From positions 63,240,001 to 63,304,000 of the forward strand of contig OZ360231.1 of assembly GCA_977017645.1 (NCBI GenBank): DNA of 64,000 bases, written 5' to 3'. This DNA comes from Torpedo marmorata (taxonomy: Eukaryota). The notes beneath the pieces were generated by a model that worked only from the letters and a program-made list of their open reading frames with translations, was not told the DNA's origin and did no database searches. The translations under genes were made by a program, and so were the position numbers. This document shows positions 21,633 to 33,149 of the stretch, piece after piece. Numbering within the stretch: position 1 is the stretch's first letter; each line of letters begins with the position of its first letter.

Positions 21633-24600
21633 GCAGCAAAATATTTAACGAGCTAGTCACTTTTATCAATAGTTTATGCCCATCTAGATGTACCCAGTAC
21701 AGTACCAGAATGGGGTATGTGTACCTAAGTCCGCAACGTGTTTAAAACTCTACCATCACATTTCCTGGGGCACTCTTCAAGGGCGGTGAAGTTTACAGGG
21801 TCGAGATTGGAACAAACAGGTACATAGCTGGGGAGCAGAAGACTTGGTGGTGAACTCAGGGGGACTTGGCAATTAAAATGCAACATGTTGCAGAAACTCA
21901 CCTGCCCCCAGCCCTTCTGTTTACCACCACTGGTAGGAGGAAGAACAGATGGTGACAAACCAAAAATGTCTCAGAGACAGGCCAGAGGCAAGATGCTGAT
22001 TGGTCTTTTGTTGTCAGGGGGATTTGATCATTGTGTGTTATTTTGTACCTTATATAGACAAGTCAGCATGATTACATTACAATGTTATGAATGTAATGAC
22101 ATGGTTATTAGATATTTATTTTCAGAAAATCAAAGATTTAGTGCAGACAGGTCAATCATGACTCATTTTGGTGAATAATTTTGCTTATCCACTCTCTCTC
22201 TTGAACCCCATGAGCTTTTCCTTTTAAATATGAATTTAAGTCTCCTCTGGATCATTACTTTTGATGTGCTTGCTCAAATCCTTCAGGCAATGCATTCCAA
22301 ATCAGCACCGCTCCCTTTGACGTGGTATCTTCTTATTTACTCCATTAAAAGCAATTTCTAGAACACCATGATGAAAGCTTCTCTTTGCATACATGGTTCT
22401 GAATCTCTTCAGTCCCTGTGAAACTGTGGTTTGTTATCTATTGTACTATTCCAGAAAATAATTTTCCCGGACTCAGAATTATGGTAGTCCATCTGATACT
22501 TAATCGTAAAAAATACTGCCTTGTAATACTTTGCATATTGCTGAAACCTGTGCCTCTCAAAACTAAGGTCTCACACCAATTCTTAACATGCTCTTCAACC
22601 TGTCCAGACACCTTTAAAGGTTAACCTGTGTCCCCTTTTCCCTTTACTCCTGGAGCTCTACATTTATGCATCTTTTCATTTCTTTCACCAAAATGCACTC
22701 ACACTTCACACAAGGTAAAATTTATTTCCCATATGCTTGCCCAATCCCCTGCAGTCTGTCCTTTACTACCTCAAAACCTAATGCATTTCTGTATGTTGTA
22801 GCATCTGCAAACCACGTCGGCATATTGCACAAGTTCAAGTCAAGATACAAATCAAAATGGACAGTGGTCCTCATAATCCAGAACACGACTATAAATATTG
22901 ACCATTCGTTTTCTCCGTCTGATGCTGCTCACCCTGTTGAGTTCCCCCAGCAGATTTTGTTGCTGAGTCCACTAATTTTCTGCTCTCTGTGCCTTGGCCA
23001 ATTTTGCATCAATGTTGTCACTCTCCAATTAGAGAATGACCTTCGATTTCCCCAGCCTGCATTATGCAGCACAGGAGGGACACAGGAGACTGCAGATGCT
23101 GGAATCTGAAGCCAAACACAATCTGCTGGAGGAACTCAGCAGGTCGAGCAGCATCAGCGAGAGAAAAATGGTCTACGATTCAGGCCAAAACTCTTCATCA
23201 GTAATAATGAAAAGTTTTGATTCAAAACACTGACTTACAGGAAACACATCATTTTTAATTTTTGAGATGGAAAGAGATTCCTTATTATTTATAATTGTAT
23301 GAAAGCCAGATCCAAATTATATTTGACTTTCACCCACTTTTACTTCCCTCAAAATGGAAACCCAGGAAGGTGCTGCCGCTAACTCTTACCTAACCTCCTG
23401 CTGTACCTTTTTTTGGTGACACAAGCTCTGAGATGATTTGTCAGTGGCAAATCTGCCCAAATGACAGATGATTCACTCTGCTTAATTTCTGTGGAACAAT
23501 TTTAAGCATTTAGCAAAAGAGAAAGAAAACTGTTAAACAATTGAACAATTATAAGTTTTCTTGGGGAATTCTATGCTGGGAAACATGCTGATATTATATT
23601 AAACAGTCCTTGCTTAAGACATTCACAACAGAGACTGAAGCAAAGCAATGCTTTCAAGCTGCCGAGAAGTTAGCAGCTGGTTTGCCTATGAAACACCAGT
23701 AGGATTTAATACAAAAACAGATGAAACATTAGAAAGCACCAACACTTTCATGCTTTGTTGTATTTGGCTGTGTCCAGTTTTAGACAAACACTTGTAACAA
23801 ACTGATATTAATTGTTGTCCAAAGTAGATTGCATACGTCATATGTTAACTGTACCTTTCACCAGACAATCAATATCAGTGCAAAAGGTGAGAATAACTTT
23901 GCCAGACAATATCCGGCATTGCTGGGCATATGGAACATCTGGATAGGTTATACAAGAGAATTAACAGCCAAGTTTCAAAAGTATCCTTGTTTAATAGATA
24001 TTCTATACAAGCAATAGAGGTCTTAATAACTACACTGTCTAGGCAAATGTTCAGCAATAGTCAACACTGCCATATTGTATTACATGAAAGTCTTTACGAA
24101 TTGAATCTTGTGCAACTTATTTCTTGGCACAAAGAGGGAGCTCAGATTAACAACTGTAAACTTTGTGTTGGAATGGCCACAATCATTCCAAATGTGTTAA
24201 AGCCCAATTTTTTTTTTTTTTTTTTTTTTACATGATTTCAACAAGATGACCTTGAATATTTGAGGCATCATGATCATCGAGAATTCTATGTTGGAGTGCA
24301 TCAAAAAATGACTTTCATAACATACAATAATGATAAAAATATCTTTGTAATGCAAATATATGCCCCATCTTCAGACAAGAGTAAAAGATGAAAGCCTTGA
24401 GGGTAGCTATCAGATAATTACAGGTTCAATGATGTATATTCTAATATGCGACAAATATGTTTATAAAAGTGCACATCATTTGTGTATTACTGAAATGGTG
24501 TTCATTCTATCAATTCTCATTTAACTTACCCTGCCATTAATCTATTCATATCAGCTGGGGAGGAAAAAAGTCATGGTTAAAGTGATAAGCATCACATTGA

Positions 24601-24669
24601 TTTGGAATTACATTGCTCAATTTCTCTGCATGCTCCTATTTAAGAAAGTATTTTCATAATTACCAACTA

Positions 24670-24888
24670 CTCAATTTAGTATATACAAGGCCAATCTAAA
24701 AATGTTTTCACTCAATCACCGAGACAAACTGAACGCAGCACATTAAAAAAGGTTAACATCAACCTCTAAGCTAATTTCTTGGTTGACAGCAGTGCTATTA
24801 TGTTCAAGTAATTCTTATTACCAGATATTACTAAGGAAATGTATTCTGTTTGTGGCAGATGCATGCTGCCAACATTCAGAGTTTACAT
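24670..24888 (+). repeat. Local duplication, copy A left part (continues 29661-30080)
   Basis: Similar to 31757-31975; copy B at 31757-32360 is uninterrupted. Confidence 0.85.
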
Positions 24889-25772
24889 AAAAAACACAAA
24901 TGCTGGAGAAACTCAGCAGGTCAAACAGTAGCAAAGGTAGAAATACATAACCGACATTTCGGGCTTGAGCCCTTCATCAAAGTATGAGAAAATGCCGGCA
25001 GGCGTCTGAACAAAAGAGTGAGGGGGGAAGGGGGGTGGCAAAAGCAGGAGATGATAGGTGGAGAAAGGAGGGAGGGGACATCAGCAAAGAGGAGGAGGAG
25101 GGATGGCTGGGTGGGTGGAAAAACTGGAAGGACAGGACAGAGGGGAGGGGAAGGAAAAGGTGAGCAGGTTTAGTGGAAAGCAGTAAAGTCAATGTTAATG
25201 CCATCAGGCTGGAGAGTGCCCAGACAGAAAATAAGATGTTGTTCCTCCAATTTGGGGGTGGTCTGGGTGGGATAGTACATAAGGCCATGGACAGACGTGA
25301 GTGTGGGAGTGTGACTCCGAATTGAAATGGTTGGCTACTGGAAGGTCGCTGTTGTTGCGGAGGGAAAGGAGGTGCTCAGCGAAGCGATCTCCCAATCTAC
25401 GACCGGTCTCTCCGATGTAGAGAATGCCACAAAGGGAGCACCGGATGCAGTAAATAAGTTCTCTGGATGTACAAGTGAAGTGTTGCTTGACTTGAAAGGC
25501 CTATTTGGGGCCCCGGACTGTGGTGAGGGAGGAGGTGTGGGAGCAAGTGTTGCACCTCTTGCGGGCACAGGGGAAGGTTGCCGGGGTGCGATGGGTGGGG
25601 AGGGATGAGTGCACGAGGGAATCGCGGAGGGAGCTGTCCCTGCGGAAGGCCGAGAGGGGAGGAGAAAGAAAAATGTGTCTGGTGGTGGGATCCTGTAGTA
25701 AGTGCCGGAAATTCTGGCGGATAATGTGTTGGATGCGGAGGCTGGTGGAGTGGTAGGTGAGGATGAGGGGAT
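24889..25772 (-). mobile_element. Penelope-like element 3' part (GIY-YIG end plus 3' UTR), inverted arm
   Basis: LTYHSTSLRIQHII...CARKRCNTCSH...FTCTSRELIYCIRCSLCGILYIGETGRRLGDRFAEHL on minus. Confidence 0.9.
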
Positions 25773-25779
25773 ACCAAGA

Positions 25780-28700
25780 TACAACCCAAGATACACAAAC
25801 CCAACCATCTGGGCAGACCCATTGTTTCTGCCTGCTCCTGCCGCACTGAACTAGTTTAATCTTACCTTGACTCTCTTTTCTCCCCTGGTCCAATCCCTCC
25901 CCACCTACATCCGCAACACCTCACATGCCCTCCATCTCCTCAATGACTTCAGATTCCCTGAACCGGACTGCATCATCTTCACAATGGATGGCCAATCCCT
26001 TTATACCTCTATTCCCCAGACAGAAGGTCTGAAAGCACTTCGCTTCTTCCAGGACCAAAGACCCGACCAGTCACCCTCTACCACCACCCTCCTCCACCTG
26101 GCAGAAATTGTCCTCACTCTAAATAACTTCTCCTTTAACTCATCCCACTTCCTCCAAATCAAAGGAGTAGCCATGGGTACCCGCATGGGTCACAGCTACG
26201 CCTGCCTATTTGTGGGCTTTGTGAAGCAATCCATGCTGCACGCCAACACAGGCAAGACCCCTTAAGCTCTTCCTCTGGTATATCGACGACTACATCGGGG
26301 CTGCCTCATGCATCCGCGATGAGCTTGTCAACTTCATCCACTTCGTGTCCAACTTCCACCCTTCCTGGATCTCTCTGTCTCCATCTCGGGAGACAAGCTT
26401 TCCACCGACATATACTACAAACTCTCCAACTCCCACAACTATTTGGACGACACTTCCTCACACCCTGTCCCCTGCAAGGATTCCATCCCCTTCTCTCAAT
26501 TTCTCCATCTCCGCCACATCTGTTCCCAAGATGAGGTCTTCCAGTCCAGATCTTCTGAAATGTCTGCCTTCTTCCACAAACGTGGCTTCCCCTCCACCAC
26601 CATCAACTCAGCCCTCACCCGCATCTCCTCCATTTCCCGCTCATCTGCCCTGGCCCCCTCTGCCCCCAGACGCAACAAACATAGAATCCCCCTCATCCTC
26701 ACCTACCACCCCACCAGCCTCCGCATCCAACACATTATCCGCCGGAATTTCCGGCACTTACTACAGGATCCCACCACCAGACACATTTTTCTTTCTCCTC
26801 CCCTCTCGGCCTTCCGCAGGGACAGCTCCCTCCGCGATTCCCTCGTGCACTCATCCCTCCCAACCCATCGCACCCCCGGCACCTTCCCGTGCCCGCAGGA
26901 GGTGCAACACTTGCGCCCACACCTCCTCCCTCACCACGGTCCGGGGCACCAAACAGGCCTTTCAAGTCAAGCAACACTTCACTTGTACATCCAGAGAACT
27001 TATTTACTGCATCCGGTGCTCCCTTTGTGGCATTCTCTACATCGGAGAGACTGGTCGCAGATTGGGAGATCGCTTTGCTGACCACCTCCTCTCCGTCCGC
27101 AACAACAGCGACCTCCCAGTAGCCAACCATTTCAATTCCGAGTCACACTTCCACACTCAGATGTCTGTCCATGGCCTTATGTACTATCCCACCCAGACCA
27201 CCCGCAAATTGGAGGAACAACGTCTTATTTTCCGTCTGTGCACTCTCCAGCCAGATGGCATTAACATTGACTGTTCTAGTTAGAAGAGACCCTAAGATAG
27301 TGGGTATTAAAGTTGGTATGGAAGAACATAAGATTAGTTTGTTTGCAGATGATGTATTGATATATATGACAAAATCTATTATATCACTTCAACAACTATC
27401 TATCATATTAAGAGAATATGGTGAAATATCTGGATATAAAATTAATTCTGATAAAAGTGAAATAATGGCTTTATCTCAAGGTGATTATACTAGATGTAAA
27501 GAAATTACACAATTTAAATGGGCTAAAGAAGGAATTAAATATTTGGGAGTTAAGGTTGATACAAAATTGGAAAATTTATATAAATTAAATTATCTACCAT
27601 TATTTGTGAAAATAAAGAAAGATTTAGAGAATTGAAAAGATTTACCCATAACTTTAATGGGAAGAGTAAATTGTATTAAAATGAATATTTTTCCAAGAAT
27701 TCAGTATCTTTTTCAATCAATTCCTTTTGGAATTCATCAAAAATTTTTAAAGATTTAAATTTTATTATTAGGAAATTTTTATGGAAAGGAAAGTTAGCAA
27801 GAGTAAGTATGGAAAAGTTAACTTGGAATTATGAGATGGGTGGATTGCAACTTCCTAATTTTCAAAATTATTATAAAGCAGCTCAATTAAAATTTGTTAA
27901 TGAATTTTTTGACTCAACTAAATCTTCTGCTTGGATTAAAATAGAATTAAATAATATAGGAGAAGATCTTAAAGAAGAAATTATTTATAAATGGGATTCT
28001 AAATTAATATCAATAAAAAAGAAAAATTCACCAATTATTAAACATTTGTTAGAAATATGGGGTAAGACGGATAAAGAAATAGGTGGAAAAGGACTGATTT
28101 CTTCAAATACGCCATTATATCAAAATGGACTTATATCATTTACTGTTAATAATCAGTTACTTAAAATTTGGTTTCAAAAAGGTATTAAGAAGATTAGTGA
28201 TTGTTTTGAAGCTGGAAAATGTATTACGTTTCAAAGAATGAAAGATAAATTTAATATACCAGATAATACATTTTTAGCTTATTATCAAGTTAAAGCTTTT
28301 TTGATTGAGAAATTAGGTTATGCTTTGATTTTACCGAGACAAAATGAGTTAGAATTATTAGTTACTAATGGAGATGTCAATAAATTTATTTCTCAAATGT
28401 ATAAATTGTTTCAGAGGAAAATGCCTAAAATAGGATTGCATAAATCAAGATTAAAATGGGAATTAGATTTAAATGTAAATATAGACGAAAATCATTGGAT
28501 TTATGTAAATTAAGTATGACGAAGATTATCAATGTTAGATATAGACTAGTACAATATAATTTTTTTCATCAATTATATTTAGCACATAAAAAATTAAAGA
28601 AATTTAATCCGACATTATCAGGCTTATGTTTTAGATGTAATAGAGAGGAAGGTTCTTTTGTTCATTCTACATGATTTTGTCCAAAAATTCAAGATTTTTG

Positions 28701-29646
28701 GTTGAAAGTTAAAAAAATTTCAGATAAAGTATTTAAGATTACATTTCCAATGGATCCTATGTTATTTTTATTTGGAGATATTAAAAAAATTAATATTAAG
28801 AAGAAATTAAATATGTTTCAAGTAGAATTTTTGGGAATTGCTTTAGCTGTTTCAAAAAAATGCATTGCTATTACTTGGAAATCTGATTTAGATTTAGGAT
28901 TAGAAAGATGGCATGCAGAACTTCGTTCGTGTATACCACTTGAAAAAATTACTTATAATTTACGTAATAAATATCATTTTTTCTTGAAAATTTGGAGCCC
29001 ATATATGAGAGCCGTGGGTTTAAGGATTTGAAGATCTCTGGATATCAGATCTGCTGGCATATTTGACCTCCATAATAGAATTAGTTTAGAAGGTATTCCA
29101 CTTATTCTATTCTTTTCTTTCTTTCTTTTTTCTATTTTACTTTTTTATTAGATATGGGGGGTTGGGAGGGTTGGGGAGAGGAGGGAGGGAGGGGGGGGGG
29201 CGAAAATGTATCACAAATAATTTGATAATTTTATATTCTATTTTATGTATTTTGTGATTTAAAAAATTTAAATAAAATATTTTTAAAAAAACATTGACTT
29301 ATCTGCTTTCCACTAAACCTGCTTGACTTTTCCTTCCCCTCCCCCCTGTCCTGTCCTTCCAGTTTTTCCACTCACCCAGCCATCCCTTCTCCACCTCTTT
29401 GCTGCTGTCCCCTCCCTCCTTTCTCCACCTATCATCTCCTGCCTTTGCCACCCCCTCCCCCCCCTCACTCTTTTGTTCAGACACCTGCCTCCATTTTCTC
29501 ATACTTTGATGAAGGGCTCAAGCCCGAAATGTCGGTTATGTATTTCTACCTTTGCTACATAAAAGACACTCTTTGACCTGCTGAGTTTCTCCAGCATTTG
29601 TGTTTTTTTACTTCAACCACGGTGTCCACAGATTTTCTTGATTTAC
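25780..29646 (+). mobile_element. Penelope-like element (RT plus GIY-YIG), disrupted and split by an L1
   Basis: FTMDGQSLYTSIP, FLQIKGVAMGTRMG, YIDD, TDIYYK, LIYCIRCSLCGILYIGETG; 3' UTR resumes at 29300; TSD TTCAGAGTTTACAT at 24875-24888 and 29647-29660 bounds both arms. Confidence 0.92.
27273..29289 (+). mobile_element. 5'-truncated L1-clade LINE (ORF2 RT end, zinc finger, 3' UTR)
   Basis: ISLFADDVLIY, SGYKINSDKSE, IKYLG, GGLQLPNFQNYYKAAQL, CFRC...H...C; TSD AACATTGACT (27263-27272, 29290-29299) at a TT/AA site. Confidence 0.92.
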
Positions 29647-31756
29647 TTCAGAGTTTACATGTTAACCAGATACTACTAAACTCAGTCTTGAACAGCAAAA
29701 CATTCCCATCTACAGTAAGGCACAATACTGGTTCGAACTCCCACTGACTGCCACACTTATCAGCCCTGTGTTGGCGATATTATTGCAAGAGGAGGCAGTA
29801 CTTGGGCCTACCTTAGTTTTCAAGGAACTACTTACTGAGAGTCAGAACCACACATTCAACAAAAATGCATATTGTATATCAAAAGGGTGAAGAGCCACTC
29901 TTTTTCAGTGATGAAGATGGTTTTGTTTGTTGAACTGCAAAAAATGGATCCCAGTTATTCAAGATGGTCTATGAGACAGTAGCAAATTAAAAAAAGATAC
30001 TTTCAGACATTATAGTTTTTTTGTTGATTGATCTGATTCTGTGAAATACAGCTCTTAAACCAAATAGTAGTTCCACAGCGTTGGTGGCCTACATAGGCAT
30101 AGAATCTCTTCCATAGAAAATACACTGATTCATCAACATTATTCAATACATATCTGATAAGATAATGAACAAATGTAAACAATGTGAATTTAAAATCAGA
30201 GTTTATATGCAAAAAAAGCTGCTGGAGAAACTGAACAGGTCAGGCAGATTCTGTGGAGGCAAAGAGATGGTGGTAATGTTTCAGGTTGAGACTATCAGGA
30301 CTGAGAGTGCAGAGGGGAGATAGCTAGTGAGGGGAAGTGTTGAGTCAGGAGCTGGCAAGCAATAGGTGGACCCAGGAGAGGAGGGGTTGATGAGCAGATG
30401 GAGACAAGCAGGGGAAGGAAAGGTGGAGGTGACAAGTAGAGGCACCTTGCAAATTTGTAGATTTAAAAAAAGCTAACATCTGACCAACAGCTATTAAATG
30501 CAAGATCACGCTCCTCAAATACTTAACTTGCTTCATGCCAGCCAGTTTCCCTTCACCCACACTGCTGTCAGTTAGCTCATTGGTTATGTGGCTCACAGCT
30601 TAAATCGCATTATACAATTCTTACAAATAGAAAAATTAGGAGCTTTCAAGAAAAATTAAACATTATTCAGGGACTTCAGAAGATGTGCATCTTAGTCCTG
30701 AGTTTAACTACTGTCACCATTCCTTGAGTGATCCAATGCTACCTTATATCTTTTAAAGGAGATGCTCAAGTATCATAAAACAATTTTAAAATATTTATAT
30801 AATGAAGTATCATCATGCATGCATTTATTTGGAGTCTGGCATGTTTGTTAAGCAGTAACTTTGACTTGTTATATTATTAAAAACTAAGACTTCACATAAC
30901 TGAGCACATGAAGGTTTTACTAGTGAAATTACTTGTAAATACCTAACCTCAATTCAAGCCATTTCAGCTTGATAGCAAAAGATAGCATGGCCTCAAACAG
31001 GCTGTGAATTGCACAGAGCAATCATGGCAATAAGCAGTCCTACCATTACTGCATGATTCAGCCAATATACTGTGAAATATGGCACATGCTACGCTGAGTG
31101 TCTCCAGGATTTCATTTTTATTTCAGATTTCTATCATCCATGTATTTTTATTGTTTCACTGTAACACGTCGTTATTTGATATCTGGGTGGTGCTCTGATT
31201 CCAGATGCTCTGCAACCAGAATCATAATCCCTTTTGTTTGGAACAGAGGCTTGCATGGTTGTTTAATTTTGCTGTAACAAAGGGGTTACAGTAACATTCT
31301 GAAGTACAAAAAGGCTTTTATGGAATCCACTTTTTGCTGCAGCTATGCCTAATCCCAACAAATTAGCTGTTACGGTTTGCTATTATGTGCCACCATGCAA
31401 GTTAGAGTTTAATTGCTTGCGGGAGAGATTCTTGGTTGTATACACGTGTGCAAGATGAATGAAGGTGTGGTGGAATATCAGGCACCAATGATTCCTATAA
31501 CATGGAAGGGGGAGGCAAGGGCAAAGGCAATATAACCAGGGTAAGGGACTCACTGATGTGAGTAACAAGGTGGGAATGAAACACTAAAGTCTGCTGTGAT
31601 TGTAGTAAAAACAGAAAAATGCTGGAGGAACTCAGCAGGTCTCGCAGTGTCCACGAGGTAAAGATATATCACCATTTTAATTGTAGATCCCCGTTGGAGA
31701 TCGCAAAGGCTGCAGTCTCCAGGGAGGCAAGCTTTCGATCCTTAATACCTTGAAGA

Positions 31757-32360
31757 TACTCAATTTAGTATATATGAGGCCAATCTAAAAAAATGTTTTC
31801 ATTCAATTACTGAGACAAATTGAATGCAGCAGATTTAAAAAGTTAACAATCTTTAAGACAATTTCTTCGTTGACAGTAGTGCCATCAAGTTCAAGTAATT
31901 CTGATTACCAGATATTTAATTAGGGAATGGATTCTGTTTGTGGCTGATACATGCTGCCAACATTTGAGTTTACATTTTAACCAGATGCTACTAGACTCAG
32001 TCTTGAACAACAAAACATTCCCACCTACAGTAAGGCACAATACTGGTTGGAACCCTCACTGTCTGCTACACTTACCAGCCCAGTGTTGGTGGGTATTATT
32101 GCAAGAAGAGGCAGTACTTGGGCGTAGCTCGGTTTTCCAGGAACTACTGGGAGTCAGAACCACATATTCATCAAACATGCATACATCAAAAGAGGGAAGA
32201 GCCACTTTCTTTCAGTGATGAAGATTGTTTTGCTTGTGGGTTTGCAAAAAACTGATCCTAGTTATTCAAGGTGGTTCATGGGTCAGGAGTAAATTAAAGA
32301 TACTTTCAGACAAGTTTAGTTTTTTTGTTCATTGATCTGATTCTGTGAAATCCAGCCCTG
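31757..32360 (+). repeat. Local duplication, copy B (uninterrupted paralogue of 24670-24888 plus 29661-30080)
   Basis: Shared strings such as CTCAATTTAGTATATA, GAGTTTACAT, AAGGCACAATACTGGTT, AGTCAGAACCACA. Confidence 0.85.
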
Positions 32361-32899
32361 ACACAAAGAGAGTAGCTTCCCTGGTATTGCTGCCCAAAAC
32401 AGATACCTTAAGAAGGGCACAGGCCCAAAACATTGGTCCTACATCTTTACCTCCCCTGGATGCTGCGAGACCTGCTGAGTTCATCCAGCATTTTTGATAT
32501 TTTACTGATTTACAAGGACTTTGACTTTCCGGTGGCATTACACACAGGTCCTCCACTTTGATTTCAGCCACTTCAGTTAGTTTTTTTCAAAAAAACATAC
32601 CTGGATGGATTCATGCACATGCAGAGAGAGGGCAGGATTCTTCTATTCTACAGTGACTCCTAGCGTATCATCTCTTAAACAGCAAGAGGCCAGTCTTTCG
32701 ATCAAAATCAAAATCATTTCCACTGGCTGGTGAAGCTACAGTGATTACATGAGATGCAGCCTGGCTGTAAGCAGTATTCACTCTTGAATTGGCCACACAA
32801 GTAGATTGGGTGTTAAAGAGGGTAAAGGCATGGTTGCCTTCAACATGCAGGGCATTGTGTACAAGAATAAGTTATGCATCTCTGACTCTGCCTTTAACA

Positions 32900-33142
32900 C
32901 GCCAACGAAAACAACAAGTTTGTCCAAACTCTCCCCATAGATCAAATCCTCCAAACCAGGCAACATTCTGTTAAACAACTTCTGTACCCTTTCCAAAGTC
33001 TCCACATCATTCCCATAATGGGGTGACCAGAATTGCACAAATTACTCCAAGTGCAGCCGAACGAAAATTTTACATAGCTGCAGTATGACTTCCTTACTCT
33101 TATACTCAATGTCCCAACAATGAAGGCCAGCATCCCATAAAC
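32900..33142 (-). mobile_element. CR1-like LINE fragment, left part (resumes 37566-37840)
   Basis: Minus MQFWSPHYGNDVETLERVQKLFNRMLPGLE; host sequence continues CTTCTTTACCAC after 37565. Confidence 0.8.
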
Positions 33143-33149
33143 CAGGAGT

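Noticed and set aside
24208-24229. Poly-T run as tail of a processed pseudogene
   Set aside because: No nearby poly(A) signal, TSD or coding similarity that I could identify.
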